Source: Sedimentisphaerales bacterium (GTDB lineage: Bacteria; Planctomycetota; Phycisphaerae; Sedimentisphaerales; UBA12454). From it: 58,468 nt of DNA. The DNA lies in assembly GCA_049691175.1 (NCBI GenBank), contig JBAVNP010000015.1, forward strand, positions 1 through 58,468. The letters run 5' to 3'. The notes under the pieces were generated by a model. It had not been told where the DNA came from, searched no databases, and saw nothing but the letters and a program-made list of their open reading frames with translations. The position numbers were made by a program, and so were the translations under genes. Numbering within the stretch: position 1 is the first letter of the stretch; every line of letters begins with the position of its first letter. This document shows, piece by piece, positions 1 to 9,482 of this stretch.

Positions 1-185
1 TCAATGCCCTGCCGGGCTGTTTTCTCGCCAGGCGCAACAGCTACGGCCCTCGCGATTGTGTTCATCACAATCTTATTCGGGCTTTCGACCGCAACAAGCC
101 TTTTTTCATTAAATCTGTTTATCAGCTGATACATGAAAATTATTATCAGGATTGTTAATGCAAAAATAATTTTCTGATTCTTCAT
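1..185 (-). CDS. hypothetical membrane-anchored protein, N-terminal part only (ORF runs off the left edge)
   Basis: ATG at 185-183, frame open to position 1 (MKNQKIIFALTILIIIFMYQLINRF...). Hydrophobic N-terminal segment. Not in the supplied ORF track. No family recognised. Confidence 0.3.
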   Translation of the reverse strand, partial: MKNQKIIFALTILIIIFMYQLINRFNEKRLVAVESPNKIVMNTIARAVAVAPGEKTARQGI

Positions 186-255
186 CCCGGCTATTATCAT
201 TTATCAGACAGCAAATATCAATTACAATTACGGTGGAAAATGTTATAATGCCCGC

Positions 256-1983
256 GTGAAAAACCAGAAAATTACAATACTTAAAGATATGGTCGAACAG
301 GAGTTTCTGCCGTTTGTCGGAACGCCTTCACGTTATATCGGCGGTGAAATTAATCAGATAAAAAAGAATCTCGATGCCTGCGGCTTGAGGGTCGCTTTAT
401 GCTTTCCCGATGTTTATGAAATCGGGATGAGCCATACTGGTATGGCTATTGTTTATGAAGCTTTAAACCGCCTGCCGAATGTCGCTGCCGAAAGGGTCTT
501 TCTGCCGTGGATTGACGCGCAGGAGATAATGAAGCAAAAAAACATTCCGCTTTATACACTCGAATCAAAGGCAAAGGTCGCGAATTTCGATATTCTGGGT
601 TTCAGCCTGACAAATGAGCTTTGTTATACAAGCGTTTTAAATGCCCTTGACCTTGCCGGCATTCCATTTAGAAGTAAAGACCGTAACCAGGAGCATCCGC
701 TTATTTTAGGCGGAGCCGGTATGGCAAACTGCTGCGAACCAATAGCGGATTTCTTCGATATGTTTTTATTAGGCCAAGCCGAAGAAGTCGCAGTTCAACT
801 TGCACAATTTCTGATTGAACACAAAAAAAACAATACGCCGAAGCAAAATATTTTAATGGAAGCTGCTAAAAAGTTCCCCTTTATTTATGTGCCGTCGCTT
901 TATGATGGTTCGCCGCCGCGGATTACCGATGCTGTCGTGGACGACCTTGACAAATCCGTTGTGCCGGAAAAACCGATTGTGCCTTTTATGCAGGCCGTTC
1001 ACGAAAGGATAAGCATTGAGGTTATGCGCGGCTGTCCGGGCAGATGCAATTTCTGTCAGGCTTCCTTTTGCAGAAGACCTGTCCGTTTCCGCAGTCCGCG
1101 GAGAATTTTTGAAATCGCAAAATCCGCCTATGCCGCAACCGGCCTTGACACAATCGGCTTATTGAGTCTTTCAACGGCTGATTATCCGTATCTCGAGGAA
1201 ACTGTCAGCCTGCTTAATGAATATTTTCAGCCTCGCCGGGTTGGAATATCACTGCCGAGTCTGCGGGTTGATGTGCAATTAAAACTTCTGCCGAAACTTG
1301 CATCGTCCGTTCGCAAGAGCGGCCTGACAATCGCGGTTGAGGCGGCAAGTGAAAGACTTCGTAAAATCATCAATAAACCCATAACAGATGAAAATCTTTT
1401 CGCCGCTGTCGAAGAGGCATATAAACAGGGTTTTGAAGGCGTGAAACTTTATTTTATGGCAGGTTTGCCGACCGAAACCCAAGAAGATATAAAAAATATT
1501 GTTAAACTTTGCTATGACCTTGCGACATTGCGAAGAAAAGTTTGCGGTAAAGTTGCTAATATAAACGCTGCGGTAAGCTGGTTTGTCCCCAAGGCTCACA
1601 CGCCTTTCGGCTGGCAGGCGCAGCAAAGCGAGGAATATTTCAAAAATGCCAAAGACATTATCTTGGCTGAAAAAAGAAAATTTAACGCAAGATTTTTAAA
1701 CTTTAAATTTCACAATATACAGGCAAGTATTCTCGAATCGGCCATCGGCAGAGGCGACAGAAGATTAGCTGATGTTATTGAATTTGCGTATAAAAGCGGG
1801 GTAAAGTTTGATTTATGGGATGAGTGTTTCAGGTTTGATTTATGGCAAAAGGCTTTTGAAAAGTTCGGTCTTGATTTAAGGAAACTGGCGGCAAGGAAAT
1901 TTGATGCTGATGAGATTCTGCCCTGGCAGCACCTCGGCGGCCCGGATAAAAATTATCTGCTGAAGTTAGCAGCCTGTACTTAA
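256..1983 (+). CDS. B12-binding-domain radical SAM protein (TIGR03960-like)
   Basis: 575-aa ORF with the CxxxCxxC radical SAM cluster motif (RGCPGRCNFCQ). Overall architecture is typical of the large B12-binding radical SAM family. GTG start. Confidence 0.8.
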   Translation: MKNQKITILKDMVEQEFLPFVGTPSRYIGGEINQIKKNLDACGLRVALCFPDVYEIGMSHTGMAIVYEALNRLPNVAAERVFLPWIDAQEIMKQKNIPLYTLESKAKVANFDILGFSLTNELCYTSVLNALDLAGIPFRSKDRNQEHPLILGGAGMANCCEPIADFFDMFLLGQAEEVAVQLAQFLIEHKKNNTPKQNILMEAAKKFPFIYVPSLYDGSPPRITDAVVDDLDKSVVPEKPIVPFMQAVHERISIEVMRGCPGRCNFCQASFCRRPVRFRSPRRIFEIAKSAYAATGLDTIGLLSLSTADYPYLEETVSLLNEYFQPRRVGISLPSLRVDVQLKLLPKLASSVRKSGLTIAVEAASERLRKIINKPITDENLFAAVEEAYKQGFEGVKLYFMAGLPTETQEDIKNIVKLCYDLATLRRKVCGKVANINAAVSWFVPKAHTPFGWQAQQSEEYFKNAKDIILAEKRKFNARFLNFKFHNIQASILESAIGRGDRRLADVIEFAYKSGVKFDLWDECFRFDLWQKAFEKFGLDLRKLAARKFDADEILPWQHLGGPDKNYLLKLAACT

Positions 1984-2022
1984 ATCTTATTACGATTAAG
2001 AAGTAAAGTTTTTATTGTTTCC

Positions 2023-3654
2023 TTAAAAGCGAAAGATTTTTCTCATCGCCCTGAAGGCTTCGAAAATCAAAATAAATGCCAAAAACAAAAGTATAGCCGC
2101 AATGATGCCAACTACAGAAAATCGGTATTGTTTTAACAGCAGAATCAGGCTCCAAATCGTCATAACAATCATAAAAACCATCGGGACGAGCACAAAAAAC
2201 GATTTTTTGCCGTTTTTTCTGAGCCATACAACAATAACCAATAGAACCAGCCCCGCCAATAGCTGATTCGTAGCGCCAAAGACCGGCCAAATTATTTTCC
2301 AGGCCGGTATTAATTTGCCGGCAGGGTCTTTAAAACTCATAAGCACAAATATTGCCGGTAAAATCAGGGTAGCAAGTGTGGACAGGCCGCGCCAACGGGT
2401 GTCGTTAAGCCCAAAAAATTCTTCAAAAATATATCGGTTCAATCTTGTAGCGGTATCTAAAGTTGTGAGAATGAAAGTGGACAGAGCTAAAAGCCCAAAA
2501 GAGTAACCGAGCTTTTGCGGTATCCCGAATACCGACAAAAATTTGCCCATAGCGGTGCCGTAAATTACCAAAGGCGCTTTAGTAATAAGCGGATCGTCTT
2601 TTGCTATCATAGCTACGGTAATCAAAGCTATGACAGCCACAAGCCCTTCTATCAGCATCGCGCCGTAAGCTATGGGTTTCGCATCAGATTCTTTGTTTAA
2701 CTGTTTTGAACTCGTTCCGGAAGCAACTATAGAATGAAAACCTGAACAGGCGCCGCAGGCTACCGTGATAAATAAAATCGGGAACGGTGAGCCTAACTGC
2801 GGGTCGGTCCAAACGGTAAAGGCCGGATAAGTAATAGAAAATCCGCCAAATAATATTCCCAAAAACCCGCCTATTACCGAGGCATAAAGCAAAAAACTCG
2901 ATAAATAATCCCTTGGCTGTAATAAAACCCATACCGGCATTACAGAAGCAGCGAAACAATAAAAAATCAGCAGCAAATCCCATGTCTTTGCAGGATTGCC
3001 GCCTGCAATCGCCAGAATTTTATCAGTGGATATAGGCATTTTTTGCCCCAGCCATACACATAAAAATACCAGAGGGACAAAAAACAGCGATGACCATAAT
3101 ACAGAGAATTTTAATCGATAAACAAAAGCCCCAAAACCAATCGCCAATGCAATAAACGCAATGGAAGAAGTAGCCACGCCTCCATTTTCAACAAAGGTGG
3201 CGGAAGTTAAATCCGTGAATACTGTCAGAACATATACAAGTGTCAACCAGATAAAAATCAGGAAAAGTTTATATGCCAGAGGTGACATATATTCTTTTGC
3301 AATTTCGGCAATAGAACGGGCCTTGTTGCGTATGGAAGCCATCAATGAGGAAAAATCGTGCACACCTCCGATAAAGATAGCGCCGAGGATAACCCAAAGA
3401 AGAACGGGAAACCAGCCAAAGGCGATTGCCGCGATAATCGGCCCGACCACAGGACCGGCACCCGCGATTGACGAAAAATGGTGTCCCAGCAGAACTGCTT
3501 TATGGGCCGGAACCCGGTCTATACCATCGTAATCGGTATGGCTTGGTGTGGGATTGTTATCATTTACGTCATACCGCTTTTCCAAAAATCTGCCATAAAC
3601 AAAATAAGCTATTAAAAATAATACAAAAGCAGATAAAAGAACTACGATTAACAT
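2023..3654 (-). CDS. cstA: carbon starvation protein A (peptide/pyruvate transporter family)
   Basis: 543-aa polytopic membrane ORF. The N-terminus (YGRFL...LLGHHFSSIAGAGPVVGPI) is characteristic of CstA. Confidence 0.88.
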   Translation of the reverse strand: MLIVVLLSAFVLFLIAYFVYGRFLEKRYDVNDNNPTPSHTDYDGIDRVPAHKAVLLGHHFSSIAGAGPVVGPIIAAIAFGWFPVLLWVILGAIFIGGVHDFSSLMASIRNKARSIAEIAKEYMSPLAYKLFLIFIWLTLVYVLTVFTDLTSATFVENGGVATSSIAFIALAIGFGAFVYRLKFSVLWSSLFFVPLVFLCVWLGQKMPISTDKILAIAGGNPAKTWDLLLIFYCFAASVMPVWVLLQPRDYLSSFLLYASVIGGFLGILFGGFSITYPAFTVWTDPQLGSPFPILFITVACGACSGFHSIVASGTSSKQLNKESDAKPIAYGAMLIEGLVAVIALITVAMIAKDDPLITKAPLVIYGTAMGKFLSVFGIPQKLGYSFGLLALSTFILTTLDTATRLNRYIFEEFFGLNDTRWRGLSTLATLILPAIFVLMSFKDPAGKLIPAWKIIWPVFGATNQLLAGLVLLVIVVWLRKNGKKSFFVLVPMVFMIVMTIWSLILLLKQYRFSVVGIIAAILLFLAFILIFEAFRAMRKIFRF

Positions 3655-3723
3655 ATTACGACACTCCTGAGATAACGAGTATTTCCTTATCCTGGAAGAA
3701 AAATTTTATTGCTCGCAGGGAGG

Positions 3724-4422
3724 TTAAGTTTTTTTCAAGCCGCTCGGTTCCTGCAGTCCGATTTTCTTGCCGGATTTCTGAAAATCAATGATTGCCTGTG
3801 CGGCTTTCTGCGGGTCATCGCAAACTGTAAAAACATTCATATCGCCAGGCTCAATGAACCTGTGTTCGGCCAGCATATCTTTTTTCATCCATTCGATCAG
3901 TCCCGCCCAGTAATCGCTGCCCATAAGAACTACAGGAAAATACGCCTGTTTGAATGTCTGAATCAGGACAAGGGCTTCAGTGAACTCATCCATTGTGCCG
4001 AATCCGCCGGGGAAAACGATAAAGCCGTTGGCGTATTTCAGGAACATCACCTTTCGGCAGAAAAAGTATCTGAAATGCAGCGAAAGATTCTGATCTTTGT
4101 TCGGCATCTGTTCGTGCGGCAGTTCGATATTCAGACCGATGCTTTTACCGCCGACCTGTGCCGCGCCCTTATTTGCCGCTTCCATTATTCCGCTGCCGCC
4201 GCCGGTAATAATCGCAAAGCCTGCCTTTGCTAAAATCGCCGCCGTTTCTTCCGCAAGTTTGTAATATTTGTTATCCGATTTTATTCGTGCCGAGCCGAAA
4301 AACGAAACAGCCGGCCCGATTGTCGCAAGCTCCTCAAAACCTTCGACGAATTCCGCCATTATCCTGAATACCCGCCAGGTTTCTTCCGTCGCCACGCCAA
4401 ATCTCGCTATTTTTTCGCTCAT
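3724..4422 (-). CDS. LOG family / TIGR00730 Rossmann-fold nucleotide-binding protein
   Basis: GGGSGIMEA and PGGFGTMDEF motifs. Start trimmed to the ATG at 4422 (MSEKIARFG), preceded by GGAAAGG. The longer ORF to 4461 runs into a repeat element. Confidence 0.82.
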   Translation of the reverse strand: MSEKIARFGVATEETWRVFRIMAEFVEGFEELATIGPAVSFFGSARIKSDNKYYKLAEETAAILAKAGFAIITGGGSGIMEAANKGAAQVGGKSIGLNIELPHEQMPNKDQNLSLHFRYFFCRKVMFLKYANGFIVFPGGFGTMDEFTEALVLIQTFKQAYFPVVLMGSDYWAGLIEWMKKDMLAEHRFIEPGDMNVFTVCDDPQKAAQAIIDFQKSGKKIGLQEPSGLKKT

Positions 4423-4441
4423 TGTGTTACCTTTCCATTTA

Positions 4442-4546
4442 CCCCCACACCAATGTAACAAGTTTTGAACATTTTTTTGATAAATATTCCATTTTTATTT
4501 TTTTCTCCATAACTTCCTCCCTTACACCAGGACATTGGTGTGGGGG
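4442..4546 (-). repeat. 105-nt element with perfect 15-bp terminal inverted repeats (CCCCCACACCAATGT / ACATTGGTGTGGGGG), copy 1
   Basis: TIRs at 4442-4456 and 4532-4546. The interior is homologous to the copy at 39341-39443 when read on the minus strand. Confidence 0.85.
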
Positions 4547-4547
4547 A

Positions 4548-5204
4548 TTACCACAGCTTTGGATTATCCGCTGCCGGACAGTATTTTGCAATCGGGCAGA
4601 TGCCGCAATCCGGCTTGCGCGCTTTGCATATATTTCTGCCGTGAAAGATAAGCAGATGGCTGAAAAAAGTCCAGTTTTCCTTCGGCACTATTTCCATAAG
4701 GTCAATTTCGAGCTTTTCCGGATTATCTGTGTTGGCCGAAAGCTCAAGTCTTCTGGATAGTCTCAAAACGTGCGTATCGCAAACTATGCCCGGAATGCCG
4801 AACGCGTTGCCTAAAACCACATTTGCCGTTTTTCTGCCGACGCCGTTTAGCTTCAATAGTTCATCCATCGTGTTCGGCACTTTGTTATTATACTCATCTG
4901 TTATTTTTTTGCAGGCATTTTTTATATTGAGAGCCTTGTTGCGGTAAAAGCCTGTGCTTTTTATATCCTGCTCGATTTGTCCAATCGGCGCATCAGCCCA
5001 GTCTTTTGCGGTTTTGTATTTTTTGAAAAGTGTTTTTGTTACGATATTTACCCTCACATCGGTGCACTGAGCGGAAAGTATCGTTGCGATAAGAAGCTGC
5101 AGAGGGTCGGAATGTTCGAGTGCGCATTTCGCCTGCGGATATGTCTTCTTCAATATCGGCCAAATTGCCTTTACCCTCTCTTTCGCTTTTTGCTTGTCGG
5201 CCAT
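4548..5204 (-). CDS. nth: endonuclease III
   Basis: HhH-GPD motifs (LNGVGRKTANVVL) and a C-terminal 4Fe-4S cluster (CKARKPDCGICPIAKYC). Confidence 0.92.
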   Translation of the reverse strand: MADKQKAKERVKAIWPILKKTYPQAKCALEHSDPLQLLIATILSAQCTDVRVNIVTKTLFKKYKTAKDWADAPIGQIEQDIKSTGFYRNKALNIKNACKKITDEYNNKVPNTMDELLKLNGVGRKTANVVLGNAFGIPGIVCDTHVLRLSRRLELSANTDNPEKLEIDLMEIVPKENWTFFSHLLIFHGRNICKARKPDCGICPIAKYCPAADNPKLW

Positions 5205-6979
5205 TATTCTGATGCGTTCTTAAGACCCTGCAAATTTTTTAATAGCTCATTTTTTATCAGGTTGCCGGCCAGTTTGACCGGAGTATTACTGCCCGGCAGA
5301 AGCAAAACAGTTACCGGCACGGCAGGCTCGCTATAAATTTCTTTCAGCGCTTTTGCCGCAGGGTAATCATAGCCTGTTGTATCCGCTTTTACCGCAAGCA
5401 CGCCTTTTTGTTTTATCAAATCAGCAATTTTCCTGCTCGAATATACCGTTTTATCGAGAATCTTGCACGAAAAACACCAGTCAGCAGTGAACTTAATAAG
5501 CACCGGCTGATTAGCTTCTTGTGCCGACTTGATTAACTGTGCATCATAATCCTGCCAGTTGATAAGTCCTTTTTTCGGCTCAGTTAGAAATATAAAACCG
5601 AATATAACCGCCAGGGCAATTGCCGCTAATCTTATCAGCCATTTTTTTGCTTTGGGAGTATTATACCCAACCCAAACCCCCCACATCCAAACGCAGACCG
5701 CAAGCACAATCGCATAATAGAGAATATCTATAATTTTTTCCGGCTGCACTGCCTCGAGCAGTTTTACGCCTATCGCCAGCAGGATAAAACCGGTGGCGTG
5801 TTTGAAAAGCTCCATCCATCTGCCCGGCTTTGGTATTTTTTCAAGAAGACCGGGAATTGCGGTCAATATTATATATGGCAGAGCCATTCCAGCGCCTATC
5901 AGAAGAATTGTTATCGTCGCAAGCGGTATCGGCTGAGTCTGCGCCCAGGCAAGAACAAAAGTGAGAATCGCAAAACTGCACGGCGTGCTGAGAACCGCCG
6001 CCAAAAATCCCATTCCGACAGAACCTGCAAAACCTCCGCTTTGTTTTTTTGCGCCGCCAATTGACGCAGGTATGCCGAATGTAAATAATCCGAACATATA
6101 TAACGCCAGCACTACCATCAGCAATGCCATTCCGATGACAAAGCCGGTATTTCTGAACTGGTCGCCCCACTGAAAGATTATCCCGAATCCGAGTTTGAGA
6201 ATTATACTGACTGCGGCAAGAGCGGCAAAAAATAAAACGATACCCAAGGCAAACGCAAGGCCCAGAGTTATACTTTTTGCCTTGTTTTGTTTTGCCTGCG
6301 AGATGAGTCGCATCACGATAATCGGCAGGATAGGCCAGACGCACGGCATTACGTTCAATAATAGCCCCGCCACCACCGCCAAAAGTAAAATATGTAGTTG
6401 TTTAGCCCCCACTTTTAGTGGGGGTTCGTCATTCTCAACAAGGCGGGAACCCCTGGTCACATTTATTGCAAACGCCGGCTTATCCATCTTCGCGGATTTT
6501 GAAATGTCGAGTTTCCTTGAAAGTTCATAAGATGCCTTTCTGCACAATTGCTCCGAGCAGGAAAGACCGTCTATTGCAACTTTTATTTCGGTGCTTTGTG
6601 CATTTGCTTCTGTTTTAAAAGGAATAAAAACGCTGAAAGCCCCGCTATAAACGGTGAGCTTTTGATTTGTAACCTTATCAAAATATAATTGCCCCTTTGG
6701 GAAAACAGGCTCGGAAAAGATAAGTCCTTTGCTCGCCGGCGTTAATTTCAGGTTCATTCGCTGAGGCGCCGTGTTTGCATCCGCGTAGAAATGCCAGTCT
6801 TTTTCGAGATTGAATTTTATCTGGATTGCGCTGTTCGCTTCCGGCAGAACTGTTTCGTGTTGAAAGATAAGTTCTATCTGTGCAAAATCATCCCTGATTT
6901 TCTCATTCGCAAAAGCGACTGAAAAAAACAGATTTACCGCCGCACAAATTGCTAATAGTAAAAGATACCTTCTGCGCAT
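5204..6979 (-). CDS. dsbD: thiol:disulfide interchange protein DsbD-like (N-terminal periplasmic domain, cytochrome c biogenesis TM core, C-terminal thioredoxin)
   Basis: Signal peptide, multi-TM core with MPCVWPILP, and a C-terminal thioredoxin CxxC (WCFSCK). The stop overlaps the nth start by 1 nt (TAATG). Confidence 0.85.
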   Translation of the reverse strand: MRRRYLLLLAICAAVNLFFSVAFANEKIRDDFAQIELIFQHETVLPEANSAIQIKFNLEKDWHFYADANTAPQRMNLKLTPASKGLIFSEPVFPKGQLYFDKVTNQKLTVYSGAFSVFIPFKTEANAQSTEIKVAIDGLSCSEQLCRKASYELSRKLDISKSAKMDKPAFAINVTRGSRLVENDEPPLKVGAKQLHILLLAVVAGLLLNVMPCVWPILPIIVMRLISQAKQNKAKSITLGLAFALGIVLFFAALAAVSIILKLGFGIIFQWGDQFRNTGFVIGMALLMVVLALYMFGLFTFGIPASIGGAKKQSGGFAGSVGMGFLAAVLSTPCSFAILTFVLAWAQTQPIPLATITILLIGAGMALPYIILTAIPGLLEKIPKPGRWMELFKHATGFILLAIGVKLLEAVQPEKIIDILYYAIVLAVCVWMWGVWVGYNTPKAKKWLIRLAAIALAVIFGFIFLTEPKKGLINWQDYDAQLIKSAQEANQPVLIKFTADWCFSCKILDKTVYSSRKIADLIKQKGVLAVKADTTGYDYPAAKALKEIYSEPAVPVTVLLLPGSNTPVKLAGNLIKNELLKNLQGLKNASE

Positions 6980-7006
6980 TTTCCCCCTTTGTAAACTATA
7001 AAATCT

Positions 7007-8965
7007 TTATTCCTTTTTTTCAGCCGGCTTTTCCGCGGCCTGCTGATTTATCTTGTCCTGCTCAACCTTGAGCAAATCGCCTACGGTCGGTTTAGTTAAC
7101 GAGCCGCCTTCGAGTATTATTTTTACTTCTGAAGCGTCAAGCGTTTCATATTTCAAAAGCGTTTCCGCTATCACCTGAAGTTTATCCTTGTTGACTTCTA
7201 TAATTCCCTTAGCGGCCTTATAAGCCTGGTCTATAAGTTTTTTAACTTCGCTGTCAATTACTTCGGCGGTCTTCTGCGAATATTCTGCCCCGCCCATGCC
7301 GAAATACATATCTGGCGTCTGCGGACTGTAGTCTATCGGCCCAAGTTCTTTAGACATCCCCCACGTTTGAACCATTTCCCTCGCAAGTGAAGTGGCCGTT
7401 TTAATATCCATCTGTGCCCCGCTTGAGATATCATCACAGAAAAGCTCTTCCGCTATTCTGCCGCCAAAACATACTTGTATCTCGGCCATGCAGTATTTTT
7501 TTGTGTAGTGTGTTCTGTCTTTTTCCGGCAGCGAAAAAGTCGCTCCGCCCATCGGGCCTCGCGGAATAATACTAACCTTATGCAGCGGGTCGGCGTCCTT
7601 CAGCATTGACTGCACCAGTGTATGGCCCGCCTCGTGATAAGCCGTTATTTTTTTATCCGCCTGGTCAACTGCCCTGCTGCGCTTTTGTCTGCCCCATCGA
7701 ACTTTGTCTCGCGCCTCTTCAAGGTCTTCCATCTCGACAAAGTTTTTATTGTTCATCGTTGCCGATATCGCGGCCTCATTTATAATCGCCTCAAGGTCGG
7801 CACCGCTGAACATCGGCGTTCCTCTGGCTATTACTTCAAGGTCTACATCCGGTCCCATCTTGACCTTTTTCGCGTGTATTTTCAGTATCTCTGTTCTTCC
7901 CTTGACATCCGGCAGAGGAATATAGACCTGCCTGTCGAATCTGCCGGGCCGCGTCAGTGCCTTATCAAGTATATCTCCGCGATTCGTAGCCGCCATTACG
8001 ATAACCTGGTCGTTCGTATCGAAACCGTCCATCTCTACAAGAATCGCGTTTAAGGTCTGTTCTCTTTCATCGTGTCCGCCGCTTACAAAACCCGGCCCTC
8101 GTTTTTTGCCGATTGCGTCAATTTCATCCAGAAATATTATGCAGGGCGAATTTTCCTTTGCGCTCTTGAACAAATCGCGGACTCGCGAAGCGCCGACGCC
8201 GACAAACATTTCGACAAAATCGCTGCCTGAAATGCTGAAGAACGGCACATTTGCCTGTCCTGCGATTGCCTTCGCCAGCAGCGTTTTCCCGCAGCCAGGC
8301 GGACCCACCAGTAGTATTCCTCTCGGTATTCGCCCGCCGATTTTCTGGAACTTTTTCGGATATCTTAAAAATTCTATAATCTCCGCGACCTCTTCCTTTG
8401 CCTCATCGATGCCCGCAACATCATCAAAAGTTACTTTTATCTGCTCTTTCCCCTGCATTCTATGCTTGCTTCTTCCAAAACTCATCAGCATACCCGGACC
8501 GTTGCGGGCGTTTGTGATAAAAACAAAATATACGAACGCGAACACAAGTATAAGCGGCAGCCAGCCCAGAAGTGAAATCCATATCTGCGGCTTAACGACT
8601 CGATATTCGACATTTGCCGCCCCAAGCTTTGTTGTTATATCCAGCAGCATTTCAGGATGATAACCGACGCTAAACGTCTTGGGGGTCTTTGGCGGACGCG
8701 ATTCTATTCCTGCCGCGTTGAATTTCCCCGTTATCTGGCTGTCACCGATTTCAACGCTTTCGATTTTCCCCTCCACAATATATTTGTTGAACTCGCTATT
8801 GGTTATCTCATCCCGCTGCTGATACATTTCGAACGTCATCATAAGAGTAACGATGAGAAGCGCTATCAGAATCCACCTGAAGGGCATTTTTGCACCGATT
8901 GGCGGCTGCTGTTTTGGCGGCTGAGCACCTTGTTTTTTCATATTTTGTTTTTTCCCGTGGTTCAT
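7007..8965 (-). CDS. ftsH: ATP-dependent zinc metalloprotease FtsH
   Basis: Walker A ([13 protein letters not shown]), AAA+ second region of homology, HEAGH zinc motif, N-terminal TM pair. Confidence 0.96.
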   Translation of the reverse strand: MNHGKKQNMKKQGAQPPKQQPPIGAKMPFRWILIALLIVTLMMTFEMYQQRDEITNSEFNKYIVEGKIESVEIGDSQITGKFNAAGIESRPPKTPKTFSVGYHPEMLLDITTKLGAANVEYRVVKPQIWISLLGWLPLILVFAFVYFVFITNARNGPGMLMSFGRSKHRMQGKEQIKVTFDDVAGIDEAKEEVAEIIEFLRYPKKFQKIGGRIPRGILLVGPPGCGKTLLAKAIAGQANVPFFSISGSDFVEMFVGVGASRVRDLFKSAKENSPCIIFLDEIDAIGKKRGPGFVSGGHDEREQTLNAILVEMDGFDTNDQVIVMAATNRGDILDKALTRPGRFDRQVYIPLPDVKGRTEILKIHAKKVKMGPDVDLEVIARGTPMFSGADLEAIINEAAISATMNNKNFVEMEDLEEARDKVRWGRQKRSRAVDQADKKITAYHEAGHTLVQSMLKDADPLHKVSIIPRGPMGGATFSLPEKDRTHYTKKYCMAEIQVCFGGRIAEELFCDDISSGAQMDIKTATSLAREMVQTWGMSKELGPIDYSPQTPDMYFGMGGAEYSQKTAEVIDSEVKKLIDQAYKAAKGIIEVNKDKLQVIAETLLKYETLDASEVKIILEGGSLTKPTVGDLLKVEQDKINQQAAEKPAEKKE

Positions 8966-8972
8966 TTATTGC

Positions 8973-9482
8973 CTACCACCCCGTTTGCATCTGTTCGACT
9001 ATTCTCTCGGCAAGTTTATTTATGGCGGTCTTTGAGGCATAATTAAAACCCTGCTGCTGAAACTCCGAATAACTTGCTGTCGCACTTGCTTCCTTGTTTT
9101 CAAGCAGATATTCACCGGTTTTAAGATTCTTCCAGCTGAAATTGGCGCTAATCTCGGCCTGGTCCTCCAGTGCCCTGCCCGTTTCACGTTCAATTGTCAG
9201 CGGCGAACTGCCTATCCCCGTTATTTTACCGCTCAATACCGTATCAGCCCTGCTTCTGTCTGAAACTATCTTATAAGGCGTTTCAGCTTCTATCCTTTTT
9301 GCTACCGCATCGGTAAGGTCATACTCAAGGTCTCTGGTGAACGTTGCATTGTCGAACATTTCAACATAAACGCTTTTTATATCCTGCGAATACAAAGATT
9401 TACTGCTGTAACCGCCGCATCCCGCAAAGAATAAAGCCGCCCAGGACACAAAGATAAATATAAAAAATTTCGAATTTGTCAT
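8973..9482 (-). CDS. LptE-like LPS-assembly lipoprotein
   Basis: Lipobox (FFAGC) followed by an LptE-like sequence pattern. Operonic between the TPR protein and ftsH. The family call is tentative. Confidence 0.5.
   Translation of the reverse strand: MTNSKFFIFIFVSWAALFFAGCGGYSSKSLYSQDIKSVYVEMFDNATFTRDLEYDLTDAVAKRIEAETPYKIVSDRSRADTVLSGKITGIGSSPLTIERETGRALEDQAEISANFSWKNLKTGEYLLENKEASATASYSEFQQQGFNYASKTAINKLAERIVEQMQTGW

Noticed and set aside
183-276. The divergent ORFs at 185 (-) and 256 (+) both begin MKNQKI.
   Set aside because: The similarity covers six residues only, the DNA is not an extended inverted repeat, and the proteins diverge immediately. I treat it as coincidence.
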